Positions 1 to 12,914 of a stretch of 64,000 nt of DNA are shown piece after piece. The DNA lies in the NCBI GenBank assembly GCA_964234715.1, contig OZ174290.1; one strand, 5' to 3'. Source of the stretch: Podarcis melisellensis (taxonomy: Eukaryota). How positions within the stretch are numbered: the first letter of the stretch is position 1; each line of letters starts with the position of its first letter. The notes below the pieces were generated by a model. It did not search any database. It was not told where the DNA came from and saw nothing but the letters and a program-made list of their open reading frames with translations. Position numbers and translations under genes: made by a program.

Positions 1-759
1 ATAGGGGACTTTAGCTATAAATACAGCAGCAAATTAAACACAGGTTTGAATATGACCAGCTTAAATGTTCAGGGTCAGACTGGATTCAAGTCATTCATTC
101 AATCTGGCAGCTCTAAAGAATTTAGCATGGTTTCAAGTTCTGCTTTAGCCTGTAGGCCTTGTCAAGCTATTGTCTGAATCAGTTGAAGAACAGCCTGTTA
201 GAAAGCACTTTGTTGCTTTTTTTTCAATCAGCCTGTTACACATAGCTTTTAGGATGTAATCCTATAGTGAACTTCATGGAAATTCTGAGTAGACATGCAT
301 AGAATTGCACTGTTCACCTGTTGCTGTTTTTCCATTTTTTTATTTACAGAGTTTAAAATATTACAATATTTAATATTCACAAGTAACAGCTCAAATTAGT
401 AGCTTGAAGTAAGCTACGCTTTCAGTATAAAGAGAATGAAATCCAGCTGGTTTATCTAAGCATGTGTCCTCAGAGTTGCAATAGTCAGAAAGGTTCTGCC
501 TGCTTTTGCTTCTTGTCACTCCCACCCCTGGGCATTTGGCTTCCAGGTGGTTGTCCAGAGGGGCATGTGGTGCTTGGACCAAAAAAGGTCCTCCATCTTG
601 GCCAAATTGAGCTTGGGTTTAAACCTTTAACTTTTCACTGTATCTGAGGCATGACTTGGGAGTTTCCCCTGGCAAAATCCCACTTGATGTTCCTCGCAGA
701 TTTAAAATTCCTGTCTTGTAAATCCTCCTGTGTCCATCTGATTGGCGCATACAGAGAGT

Positions 760-945
760 GTCTGACTAGGACCAGGGAGACCTGGGTTCAAATCTTCACT
801 CAGCCATGAAGCTCACTGGGTGACCCTGAATCAGTCACTGCCTCTCTGCCTAACCTACCTCACAAGGTAGTTGCCAGGATTAAATGAAAAGGAGGAGAAA
901 AATGTACGCTACCTTCAGTTCTTGGGAGAAACAGTGGGATATTAA
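760..945 (+). mobile_element. Old tRNA-derived (Squam3/MIR-like) SINE
   Basis: ctgggttcaaatc B-box, gccatgaagctcactgggtgacc, cctacctcaca core. Confidence 0.65.
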
Positions 946-1533
946 TTAAATAAAGTGCCAGGAGCATGATTCTCTTTTGGTTCATATGCAGCTTGTTTCT
1001 TTTGTATGTGACCAACCTGCCCCAAAACATTCCTCGATGCCTGATAAATTTTTATCTTTCCCATCCTGCGGTCTAATCCATGCATAGAGAGCCCTCTGCT
1101 CTGCCTGGACGGATAACAGGTAGCCTTTCTGAAAAAGCCACCTTGGAAGTTCTGGATTTCAACTTCCAACCTAGCAATCTTTTGCCAGACCATACATTTC
1201 CCCATGTCATGGGTTCCAGTGCAACAGCTTGCTGTTCCTCACCACTGCCTGCATGCCTATCTAGATGAAACTTGTGCACAGGAACAGAAGTTGTCATGCA
1301 GCCTACCTGTTAAGCTACAGAAGATGGAGGGAGGTGGCGTAAGCCTTTTTCCATCATAGCTTTCAAGGAACAATCCTCACAACTACAGTTGTTTGGCTGT
1401 CCGAAGTAGCTAGTCAGATGCCTTCAAGAGAATTACTAGTTGAGTAACAGCCCTCCCTTATTGTTTGTTCCCCAACAACTGCCATTACAAGTATAATGCT
1501 TCCAAACAAAGGACGATGAATCGGTGACAGTTA

Positions 1534-1783
1534 CAGTCGTACCTCGGAAGTCGAATGAAATCCGTTCCAGAAGTCCATTCGACTTCCGAAATGTTCGGAA
1601 ACCAAGCCACGGCTTCTGATTGGTTTCTAATTGCACAGGCTCACTGGAAACAATAGTGGAAGCTGCACCAGACATTTGGCTTCCAAAAAAAGTTCGAAAA
1701 CCAGAACACTCCCTTCTGGTTTTCAGTTGTTCAGTAGCTGAAATGTTCAATTCCCAAGGTGTTCGGGAGCCAAGGTATGACTG
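1534..1783. mobile_element. Tc1/mariner (Tigger-like) MITE
   Basis: TA-CAGTCGTACCT ... AGGTATGACTG-TA. Confidence 0.8.
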
Positions 1784-1998
1784 TACTGGTATTCAGAGAA
1801 GTAAGATGGCTAGAAAGTCTTGTTTTAGTAGATATTAAAAATGGTGGTGTATGAAAATAAGGGAATATATTGTTTATGTATATTTAACAATATACATTGT
1901 TTAGCGTTGACTCAGATCCCTGCCTATAAAATGGGCATAAGAGTAAACGGTCTCATGTGACCGCTGAGAGAGTGAAAATCATCGCCACTCTATAAATA

Positions 1999-2213
1999 CA
2001 GTGGTGCCTCTGGTTACCAACTTAATTTGTTCCAGAGGTCTGTTCTTAACCTGAAACAGTTATTAACCTGAGTAGCACTTTAGCTAATGGGGCCGCCGCA
2101 CTGCCACCACACAATTTCTGTTCTCACCCTGAAGTAAAGTTCTTAACGCGAGGTACTATTTATGGGTTAGTGGAGTCTGTAACCTGAAGTGTTTGTAACC
2201 CAAGGTACCACTG
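1999..2213. mobile_element. Tc1/mariner MITE
   Basis: TA-CAGTGGTGCCT ... AGGTACCACTG-TA; same family as 55505-55730. Confidence 0.8.
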
Positions 2214-2996
2214 TACTCTATAAATACTAGCTCGTAATGGAAATGTTAACTCTGTCAAACTGTTGTACCAAAACTTGCCATCAAAGTACTTGATCAATAT
2301 TGTGGCTTTGTGTGCTACTAAGACTTTACGCTACTGCCAAAACTGCAAGGGACTTTTGTCATCATTTCAGTGCAAATTGAGGTGTGGGGTTTGGGTTACT
2401 ATGTTTCAGCAAGTTTAAAAAGATTATTTCAACTGTTGATTGGTGGAATGAAAGCTGGAATGTTTGGAAAAGGAAGAAATCTCAGGATTCAGTTCCTTTT
2501 TGATTTGTACTAGCTGTTCTGTGTGATGACTTGCAGTGCTACTTTTCTTGCAGAGAACAGCCATCTGTTCAGGCAAGCAGCAGTAGTTTCCTCACTTGTA
2601 CAGTCTAGGGAACTGTTTTAGAAAAGCACTAGAAAAAAAAGTAGATGTATCTGATAAAGAGGATAGAATGAGGGACAAGCAAATGAATTTGGCACATGCC
2701 TTCTAACGCACAACATGTAGCAGATTTTGCCTTTGTATAGTGAGTGAGAATGGAGCAATTAGTCAAGTAAGTTAGTGTGGAGTTTGCATCTATGGTGGGT
2801 TCCACACAATAAAGGCATTCTCTAACTGTTGCTGTTCTTCGTTTTCTGGCTAAACCTAAGTAGCATCTCCAAAATACAGACTTCCTTTCCCTGGGATTGC
2901 TCTACCCTCAGACTCAAACTACATGTTCTGTAGAATTTCATGAGTCATGGCTCCATATTTTTCCTTTTAAAATTTGTAGTGACCTGAACAAGATTA

Positions 2997-3166
2997 CCAT
3001 ATTTTTGCATGTATAAGACTAGGTTTTTTTCCTTTAAAATAATGTCAAAATTTAGGGGGCGTCTTATATATGAATACATCTCCCCCCCCCCATTTTCTTA
3101 AATCTGAGTCCTCAAAAATAGGGGGTGTCTTATACATGGGGGCATCTTATAGACGGAAAAATACGG
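2997..3166. mobile_element. Tc2-like MITE
   Basis: TA-CCATATTTTT ... AAAAATACGG-TA. Confidence 0.75.
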
Positions 3167-3950
3167 TACATCTGAACAGAAGGCTGAAAAAGACTGCTTA
3201 ACTTTTTTACCTGTACAAGAATATCACACTCTCTAAGCTATTTACATCCTAAGGCTCTGGGTTGATGAGGAAATAGTGTTCTTGTATTTTCCCCATTTGT
3301 TCCCCATTACTTTTGAAAACCAAGGTACCATTGTACTAATATTAACACATTGTCATGTTTGAAACCTGGTGGGGGAAGCATGACCTACACATGTAGGTAG
3401 GCCCTTGGTGTGAAAGCTGGCATGTTCCCATTTTGAGTCTTTCTTTCAGGTATGAAATCTTACGTGGCTTTAGATAAACTACAATATCTCAGCTTTCTCT
3501 TTACTCCTTCTCCTGTCCTTCAAAAAGGGGTGATAATACTTAGAGGAGGGATGGAGAAGCTGTGCCCTTTCAGAGGTCTGCCCCAGCCAGCATGACTCGA
3601 TGGTCTGGGATCATATTAGACCTCTTTGCATATCTAGCAACCAACTGATTTTTTAAGTTTTATCCCTATAAGTCACTTTGGGTATAATTCATGACTGAAA
3701 AGATTTGCTGGTGGTAGTCATGATGGGAGTTGCAAGCTAACAACATCTGTGGGCCTACAGATTCCTTGTCCTTGTCTTACAGTGTTTTAAGAATTTCTGA
3801 AACAATGTGCGAAGTGCTTTGGACTTAGCATTGCTCTATGAATACTAGTAAATACCTGTGAAGTGCTTAACCTTCCCACCTGAGTTGTAAAATATTCTCC
3901 TTAGTAAAAATGCTACAGGAATTCTTGTCAATAAAATGGCTTATGTAAAA

Positions 3951-3994
3951 TTGGTATCTGATGAAGTGTGCATGCACACGAAAGCTCATACCAA
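3951..3994 (+). ncRNA. Minimal type I hammerhead ribozyme of Penelope-like-element origin
   Basis: Stem I TTGGTAT/ATACCAA; core CTGATGA; stem II GTGTG-CATG-CACAC; GAAA; palindromic AGCT stem III; UC cleavage site. Confidence 0.8.
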
Positions 3995-4270
3995 GAACAA
4001 ACTTAGTTGGTCCATAAGGTGACTTATGTAAGTTTCATAGAGCCGATCCAAATGTAGAGCGAGACGTGTGACCCAGTCCTGCGCAGGCTTTGCCACCTTT
4101 AAATTGTAGAGGCGCTACAGTGCCTTGCAGGACTATACTATGAATCAGTACTAACATTTAAATTGGCTCCTGTGTGGTGTCACCAGCATGCTCAGAAATA
4201 ATAATACTGAAAATGTAAGATAAGCAAGTACCTTCAGGAATAGATATTAGGAGTAACTAAAGTTCTTTAA

Positions 4271-4613
4271 AGGACGCAGGTGGTGCTGTGGTCTAAACCA
4301 CTGAGCCTCTTGGGCTTGCCAATCAGAAGGTCGGCGGTTCGAATCCCTGCGACAGGGTGAGCTCCTGTTGCTGGGTCCCAGCTTCTGCCAACATAGCAGT
4401 TCGAAAGCACGCCAGTGCTTCCGGCAGGAAGGTAAATGGTGTTTCTGTGTGCTGCTCTGGTTTTACCAGAAGCAGCTTAGTCATGCTGGCCACATGACCC
4501 GGAAAAACTGTCTGCGGACAAACGCCAGCTTCCTCGGCCTGTAAAGCAAGATGAGCGCTGCAACCCCAGAGTCATCTGCGACTGGACTTAACTGTCAGAG
4601 CCCTTTACCTTTT
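4271..4613 (+). mobile_element. Sauria SINE
   Basis: GGACGCAGGTGG head, tRNA-like ggttcgaatccc, CCTTTACCTTT tail. Confidence 0.85.
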
Positions 4614-5297
4614 AATGTTCTTTAAGTCTGAAAGTCACCTTTCAAGATCTTCATATGTTCAAGAGTTTCAAGAGGCATCCTGTTGTCTCACTTGTTGATT
4701 CTACCTGTCCTTCCACTTAACACCTTTCAACCATAGACACTAACCTTGCATCCCTGTCCTGTCCTGTGATTGCTTGCACATCCTTACTTTGAAACACCCT
4801 TGCACATGCTGATTCTTGCTCCTCCCACAATCCCTGTGTCCCATCATGTTCATTAACTTCTTCTCTTCACTTTCCTAAACTATTACAGTTGAGTTGATGT
4901 TTGAAGAGCCACATTGGGTCATCCTGTGGGTGTATGTAAAAATTTATCTTATATTGATTTATGTTGTCACTTAGTTCCCCTGTGTCTTCTGGTAGATGAA
5001 AATATGAGAAGTGCAAATTAAGCTCCAATGTATTAAAGGAGGTTTATGGATTTAGTGGATTTTAGTAAAGGCTAGAATCCTGATGAACAATCTTATGTTC
5101 ATTCATGCAGTGTTTTGATGCGAAACCTATAGCCTTAGTCAATATTCTACATAGTGTTCCCAGGGCTGGAAAACTCTTAGTGCCAGGAATTTATTATCCC
5201 CAGTACATTTCTTTTAGGGTTTGCTTGTTTAAAGCATTTTGTCCCACTATTTTGCCAAAAGGTTACTAGAGCAGCTTAAATTAGTAGTAGGACATAA

Positions 5298-6140
5298 AAT
5301 CATAGAATCATAGAGTTGGAAGTTCCCAAGGGTCATCTAGTCCAACGCTCTGCAATGCAGGAATCTCAGCTAAAGCATCCATGACAGATGGCCATCCAAC
5401 CTCTGCTTAAAAACCTCCAAGGAAGGAGAGTCCACCACCTCCCATGGGACCTGTTCCACTGCTGAACAGGTCTTACTGTCAGAAAGTTTTTTCAAATGTT
5501 TAGTTAGAATCTATTTTCTTGTAACTTGAAGCCATTGGTTCAAGTCCTCCCCTCCAGAGCAGGAGAAAACAAAATTGCTTCCTCTTCCATGTGACAGCCC
5601 TTAAGATATTTGAAGATGGCTATCATATGTTCTCTCAGGCTCCTCTTTTCCAGGCTAAACATACCCAGCTCCCTCAAGTACTCCTCATAAGGCTTAGTTT
5701 CTAGACCCTTTATCATCCTGGTTGCCCTCCTCTATGCATGTTCCAGCTTGTTAACAGTATTCCAGGTGTGGTGTGACCAAGGCAGAATAGAGTAGTGCTG
5801 TTACTTCCTTTGATCTGGACACTAGACTTCTGTTGATGCAGCCTAGAATAGTGTTAGCTTTTTTTTGCAGCTGTAGCACACTGTTGACTTATGTTAAGCT
5901 TGTGGTCCACTAAGACTCCTAGATCCTTTTCACATGTACTGCTAGTAAGCCAGGTGTCCCCCATCCTATATTTGTGCATCTGGTTCTTCCCGCCTAAGTG
6001 CAGAACCTTACATTTGCCCTATTGAAATTTGTTAGCTTGTGCCCAGTTCTCCAAGGTCATTTTGAATTCTGCTTCTGTCTTCTGCGGCATTAGCTACACC
6101 TCCCAGTTTGATGTCATCCTGCAAATTTGATGAGCCAGTC
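5298..6140 (-). mobile_element. CR1 LINE 3' fragment
   Basis: Reverse (ATTCTATG)n tail 'atcatagaatcatagagttggaag' plus typical CR1 RT 3' sequence. Confidence 0.85.
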
Positions 6141-6871
6141 TCTGTTCACAGACTTACAATCTAAAAGAAGGAAAAGAGGATGGGGAAAGAAGGAGAGAGA
6201 CACAAATTCAGGCACCAGCTGGGATGGAAACAGTTCAGAAAGCCTGATAGTATGGCTCTCATTGGGTGACAGTTGAGAGAGGACGAAAGCCAATTGATCT
6301 CTCTGCATAGGCAATGGAAATAACCTTGTTTCACTTATCTTCTTCTCTGCAAACAGGTATAAAATTGCAAGCAGGTGTACAGTTAATTCATATCAGGTTT
6401 ACTACAGAATATATTTGCTGTTACAAATTACAAGAGTCATTATCTCATGCTTATCTCTCTTAAACTGGTGAAAGGAATTACATGCTTTATACAGAGTCAG
6501 GCCACTGGTCTTTCGAGCTCAGTATTGTCTACAATGATTGACAGAGGTGCTCTAGCACTTCAGAAAGGATTTTTCTCAGGCCGCCCTGGAGATGCCTAGA
6601 ATTGAACCTGGAACCTTCTGCAGGCAGCACATGTTTTCTACCACTGAGCTATATAACCCAAAATACAGCTGATTATACATATCAAGCCAATTGTCTATCA
6701 TATTTTGGCAGAAACCAACCATAAACCTGAATTCTTGCATAAGTCAGCTTGTTTCCTGGCAGCATGGCAAGAGCAGTGAAGAAGTGAAGTGACTGTGATT
6801 TCAGCAGTGTGCACCTGTGCACTATGTGTTCACATTAAACACTAGTTTATTTTAACTACTGTATAGCTTTA

Positions 6872-7194
6872 GGGACGCGGGTGGCACAACTGGAAGGTCG
6901 GCAGTTTGAATCCCCGTGATGGGGTGAGCTCCCGTTGCTTGGTCCCTGCTCCTGCCCACCTAGCAGTTCGAAAGCGCATCAAAGTGCAAGTAGATAAATA
7001 GGTACCACTCCGGCGGGAAGGTAAATGGCGTTTCCATGCGCTGCTCTGGCTCGGCAGAAGCGGCTTAGTCATGCTGGCCACATGACCCGGAAGCTGTACG
7101 CCAGCTCCCTCGGCCAGTAAAGTGAGATGAGCGCCGCAACTTGTCGTCCGCAACTGGACCTAACGGTCAGGGGTCCCTTTATCTTTACCTACCT
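6872..7194 (+). mobile_element. Sauria SINE
   Basis: Same family; TSD TATAGCTTTA (6862-71 and 7195-204). Confidence 0.88.
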
Positions 7195-8049
7195 TATAGC
7201 TTTAATGTAATGTGTGAATGAGAAAGATGAGGATTGCTGAAGGGAGAGGCTAAGTTGCTTCCACGGCTAACTTTGAAACATAGCTGTGACACTATCGTGT
7301 CCCAAGGCTGAATTAAACAGTGGGGAACCAATGAAATTACTTGTTCGTAATCTTTAAGAGAGAAAAATTATATAAAAACTATGCATTAGTGCTGAGTTAC
7401 CCAGGACTTCAAAGCCTGTCAGTTTAGGATAATTAATTGGTTGATGTTCAGTTTTGGATAGGAAATAGAAAACCTGTTTGGGGTGCATATGTGTGTCCCA
7501 CATGGGAAAGATCCATATCTCTGTCACTTTTATATGCTGAATCTTTTATTGGTATTGAATCTCTATTGACAGCATTTTGTCATGTGTTTGTAAAGCCACC
7601 ATAGCAAATTCTTTTGAAATAGGCGTTGTAAATCCATTCAGTATGTAATTTAAGAAGGATGAGTATTTGATGTGATGAAATGTGATGCTTGCACTAGGAA
7701 TTTGAAATATTTGTTTAGCTATGTCTAGGGCTGCTGTCTTAAAAATATATATTTAAAAACTCTGATGATGGATTACAGGAATTTGTATCTGGTGCTTGGC
7801 ATTTGAAATTATTTTTTCCTGCCTTGAATATCCTCATGATGCATTTCGTACTTGTATTCAAAATATACTGCATGTTACGTTTCTTCAAACTCCATCTAGA
7901 TCTGAGCAATTTTCAGTATGGTCCTTAACTGATCATTCTCTCTCTTGTTGCCCAGGTTAGAGAAACCTTTGCTGAAATCCGATTATAAGATTTATTGGTC
8001 TTTGAAGGAACTCCCTTCTTAATGTTTGTGTGTTTCTGTCTCTCTCCAG

Positions 8050-8247
8050 CTGTCCCTTTCCCTCCTACGCAGCGGTTAACCCTGAAAGAAGTTTTTGAGG
8101 ATGGGAAACCCAGGCTGGAGGTCTTAAGAAACCACTTGGTGAAAGAAGGGCGTCTGGAGGAGGATGCAGCGCTGAAGATAATCAATGATGGAGCCTCCAT
8201 TCTGAGGCATGAGAAGACCATGATTGAAGTTGAGGCTCCAATCACAG
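8050..8247 (+). CDS. PPP3CC: Calcineurin A gamma, coding exon 2 ([11 protein letters not shown]...EAPIT)
   Basis: tctccag|CT acceptor, ACAG|gtcaga donor, 198 nt; translation matches the calcineurin A N-terminal catalytic region. Confidence 0.96.
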
Positions 8248-8546
8248 GTCAGAGAATGCTTTATTTTGTGGCTTGTTGTTTTCTGAGGCTCATCTGGAAT
8301 GACTGGCTGCTAAAGCCAGCAGGTTTCCTGTTGCATGTTCTTTCCACTGAAGTGTGCTCAAGATCAGAAAGCTTTCTATACCTCCAAGGGGAAGAAGTGT
8401 TTTTGTAGATTGGAGATTTGAGTACAGGAGTTCAGTATAATCCAACAATTTAGACTGAAGCAAAACCATGTTCCCTATTGGTTCTGTGACCTTTATCTTC
8501 TTAGCATGTAATCCTGTCCCTCTTTTTGCTGTCCTTCCTCCCCTAG

Positions 8547-8671
8547 TGTGTGGTGACATTCATGGGCAGTTCTTTGACCTGATGAAGTTGTTTGAAGTTG
8601 GAGGATCACCCAATAACACACGCTACCTCTTCCTGGGAGACTACGTGGACAGAGGCTACTTCAGTATAGAG
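8547..8671 (+). CDS. PPP3CC: PPP3CC exon 3 ([12 protein letters not shown]...[12 protein letters not shown])
   Basis: ccctag| and |gtgaca, 125 nt; PPP phosphatase GDIHG and GDYVDRG motifs. Confidence 0.97.
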
Positions 8672-11239
8672 GTGACAATTCAACTGAGCCTTTGGGGATT
8701 ACACTTTAAAGTTTGGGCTGAGCCTATGGAACCTTTTCTTCTTCCGCTTTGGTAGTTTATGCAGTCTAGTACAATTACAGAGAGTTAATATGCAACAAGG
8801 CTTATCTTTAAATCAGTACAAATTTATTTTTATGTTGGTCAGGAATCATGATGGCGAAGCGGCTAGATTGCAGTGCAGGACATTATGGGTTCAGGTCTGC
8901 CAAGCCTCATTCCAAATGCTACCATGTTCCTCCCCCTTCCCACAAATAAAAATAAATTATGATGCACAAGAGCAACTGACCTGTCAGTTTGCTAAGGACA
9001 AATAAAGTAGTCTGTGTTGAAACTTGTTGCTTTCTTTGCATGTTATTTCTATTAAAATATATAGGCCAATTTTCAACCAAAAGGTGTCCCAACTACAGAA
9101 TACAATAAAAATGATAAGCTGTAGACATCTGAATACCATTATGGACTGCTTCAGTTGTGTAAAAATGTGTGATAGCTAAACAAAATAAAAGTTTACCTCT
9201 TCTTTTCTCACCTGGACATCTTTATGAGCTCTAGTTGCCCTAATGCATCTTCAGGTTAATCTGGGCTTAAATACAGTTTATTAATATTTCACTGCCTAAA
9301 TGCTTCTGTGCTTTTTTGGGGTCCCACAGGCCAGACAACATATATTCAGAATTCATAGTTGACTCCAGTCTGCTAAAACAATCCTACAAAAATGGATAAT
9401 TAGCTAGGGAGGGGTGAGCAGAGGAGGAAACTCACTTATCATTCAGATGGAAATAATACTTCTGCTCTTACTACCAGCTGGCATTCTGAAGGGTTGTACA
9501 GGAATGGATCCTTAATTGCATTCAGACTGGCTCCTATTGGGTGGGAAATTGTGATAGCCAGGGAACTATGAGGGTGTCCTATTCAACAGAGGATCCCAAT
9601 GTGCCCAGATGCCTTGATCCACGTTTACAGTTTTTTAGCGTCATCTGAAGTCTGCTGTTTATCAGCTTGAATGCTGGGTCAGCTGTTCAGATGGCTGCTT
9701 GCCTTCTTTTAAAGTGGCATGTGTATGTTTGCTTTCATCCTTTGTGTTGTTCTTTTTTAAATTAAAGGGAAACATTTTTTAAAGTTGCAGAACTATTGGG
9801 AAGGAGTAGGGGGGGTCAGGTTAGTGAACTCCAGTAATGCTAGCCATATGACAGCATTTACAGCAAGTGTTTGCTGCAAGCTTGCAGAAACATTTTTTCC
9901 CTTCCAAAGCTTGGCCCAGAAGAGGAAAATACATGTTTTGTTTTAAATGTATTGAGGACGTTTCCAAACTCCCTCCCACTGCTCTACAATGATATCCCTC
10001 TTTTCACCTTAGCAATTGTGAGTGGTAAAATGAGTTAGGGGTATATTTGGGGTATTTGGTGATTGGAAAGAATTGGACTTGACCCTTAATTATTTTGGCT
10101 GCTAGCTTTCTGTTAAGTGGAGCCAGTGTGTGGCTACTACCATTGTGTGGGGTATTCCTGCCAGCTAGTATGATTAGTGGATGAGGAAATGTCTCCTACT
10201 AGTAAATGTTGCAGATCCCCTAAGTGGTTGTGATCTTTGGGTGAAATGAAGTTGGCAAGTACATGTAGGTCCCCCCCCCAAATGTTATAGTCTCTGCTGT
10301 GACACTTGAAAATTTCCAAAGGGGATACCACATGGCAGGGTTACATAGGCGTTGTTTCACAAAGGTAGAGGAATGGATTTCGGAAGCCATTTCAATTAAT
10401 GAAAGATGTAAAAGTGAAAGGGCACCAAATGGAACGGAATGGTCAGATCCAGAAAAACTGAGGAACTGGTGACAGTCTATGAAAGTCGCAGGAGAATGGA
10501 GTTTCAGTAATCCAGAGGAGGACGCAGTAAACTGTTTAACAAGGTAGCATAGTCACCTTTTCTGATTCCATCCAATGCTTTCTTTGTCACTTCTAGGGCT
10601 AGCCATGTTTGACTCTCACAGCAGAAATAGCAAAGTGTCTTGTGGGATTTTAATGCACAACTGGGATGGCAAAAGCTTTGTAGGCCCATGAAATCTGGTC
10701 CCTGAGTGTTTGATGGTACAATTAATTTGTTAGGCTGTAACCGTGCCACAAGACTCTGAGTTCTATGCATTCTGCATGAGGGAAACAGAGGATGAAGAAT
10801 TACAAGACATGATCACATGTTAAAGGCCGGGATTCTGAGCATGGACCTAGTGGACCACTGCTGTAGTGTTAATTCAGGAGTTATAGTGTGGAAAAATTGT
10901 GAGGGTAGAGAGGTTGCTACTTTCAGTTGTTAATAGGCTAATATTCATAATCTATCCCAACAACCTTTTGAGAAAGTTTCTCCTTTGTCGAGGAGGAATT
11001 CTGTGGAATCATGGCTCTGTTATGTTTTATGTTAATTTTTAGATTTCAGTTGCATAGTTTGAGCATTGAGAGAACAAGGATTAGCCTCCCTTGGCCACTT
11101 CTGCTATTGATACAGAGCACATCAATGAGCAAAGACAGCCACCTCCATGTGCCATCACTCAGAATAACAATTGGCAGCATCAAAGGGGGAGTACCAGCCC
11201 CCCACTTCCCATTTTGTATCATTTTAGTAATTACTTTAT

Positions 11240-11897
11240 GAAACCACAGAGCCTAGGACTTGCAGATCAGAAGGTCGGTGGTTCGAATCCCCGCGACAGG
11301 GTGAGTTCCCGTTGCTCGGTCCCTGCTCCTGCCAACCTAGCAGTTTGAAAGCACTTCAAAGTGCAAGTAGATAAATACCGTATTTTTCACTCTGTAGGAC
11401 GCACCGGACCATAGGAGGGGGAGAACAGGGGGGGAAATCTCCCCCTCTCTGCTCAGCGGCCCTTCAGCGAAGTGGCAGGAGAAACGGAGCCCATTCCATT
11501 TCTCCTCCCGCTTCGCTGAAGGGGCGCTGCGCAGAGAGGGAAAACTGTGCAGCGCCTCTCCAGCGAAGCGAAGCCTGGAGAGCAAGAGGGATCGGTGTGC
11601 ACCGACCCCTCTCATTCTCCAGGCTTTAGGCGGCTATCCGCAAGCCTTCGGAGCGCAGCCTTCATTTTTGGAGGGGAAAAAGTGTGTCCTATAGAGCAAA
11701 AAATACAGTAGGTACCGCTCCAGCGGGAAGGTAAACGGCGTTTCCGTGCGCTGCTCTGGTTCACTAGAAGCAGCTTAGTCATGCTGGCCACATGACCCGG
11801 AAGCTGTACACTGGCTCCCTCAGCCAATAAAGCGAGATGAGCGCCGCAACCCCAGAGTCGGCCACGACCGGACCTAAAGGTCAGGGGTCTCTTTACC
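11240..11897 (+). mobile_element. Sauria SINE interrupted by a Tc2-like MITE
   Basis: 15-bp TSD TAGTAATTACTTTAT; insert 11378-11708 at a TA within ataaaTAggtacc. Confidence 0.88.
11378..11708. mobile_element. Tc1/mariner (Tc2-like) MITE nested in a SINE
   Basis: TIRs CCGTATTTTT / AAAAATACAG, TA TSD. Confidence 0.8.
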
Positions 11898-12208
11898 TAG
11901 TAATTACTTTATACAACTTTGATGAGGATGGGATTTAGGCTAATTGTTAACTAGTTAATGATATATAATAACACTTAGAAAGCATCTGAAATTTTCTGTG
12001 CGATGGTCTTTATGACGCTTTACCTTCATAGGAAGCAAGAAATTCAGCTGCCTCAAAAGCTTGCTAACTTCTTTATGATCTCATAGTTGCATTTTTTATT
12101 TTGCAGCCTGCCTTTAGCATACTAATGGAAAAGTGAGGTGTACAGTTAATAAATATAAGAAGGTGATTGGTGACAGGCTACAGGCATTTAGCTTTATTCA
12201 TTTAAATA

Positions 12209-12448
12209 CAGTGGTACCTCAGTTCTCTAACGTACTCTGTTTTGGAAGACCGTTTGACTTCCAAAGCCGTCAAAAACTGAGGCGCAAAGAGCTGGCTGCA
12301 AGTTTAATTGGAAAAATGGAAAAACACGCAGTGGAAGCCGTTCAACTTCTGAGGAGCGTTCAAAATGGAAACAATTACTTCCGGGTTTTCGGCATTTGAA
12401 AACCGAAACGTTTGGTTTCCAAGATGCTCGAAAACCAAGGTACCACTG
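12209..12448. mobile_element. Tc1/mariner MITE
   Basis: TA-CAGTGGTACCT ... AGGTACCACTG-TA. Confidence 0.8.
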
Positions 12449-12878
12449 TATTTCTACTAGAGTTTTCCTCAATCAGCTCAAAAGGCTAATGAAACAATTT
12501 GAAGCAATTAACAATTTAGCAATTTTAAAAGTTACAGTAACAATGAACAACACCACTAAAGTAGTTGTTGGTTTGATATTTTCCTTCACTGAGCAATTAA
12601 ATCCAGCAGATGTCTGAAAAGTCTGAACACTGGTATCGTTGGAGTTTAAGATAAGTTCAAAATATTGGAAGAGCTGCTGTCATGTCCTTGACTCAAGTCA
12701 CAGGTGGACAGTCTGAAGTTCCTGACCTCATTTGATGGAGCCCCTGAGACAGCCCTGTTCTTCCATCCCATCAGAATTCCTACTTTCCTTTAGTTTCTTC
12801 CTCATTTTTCTTAGCTTTTTAAATAATCTCCCCTTTCTGTCTAGTTTCAGGATAATTGGAAGAGGCAGTATTATTATT

Positions 12879-12914
<36 letters not shown>

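Noticed and set aside
1-8049. PPP3CC exon 1 and promoter
   Set aside because: No CpG island or matching N-terminal coding sequence is visible; it must lie upstream of the window.
10595-10770. Second possible Penelope hammerhead
   Set aside because: Old inverted Penelope-like remnant; the catalytic core is not recognisable.
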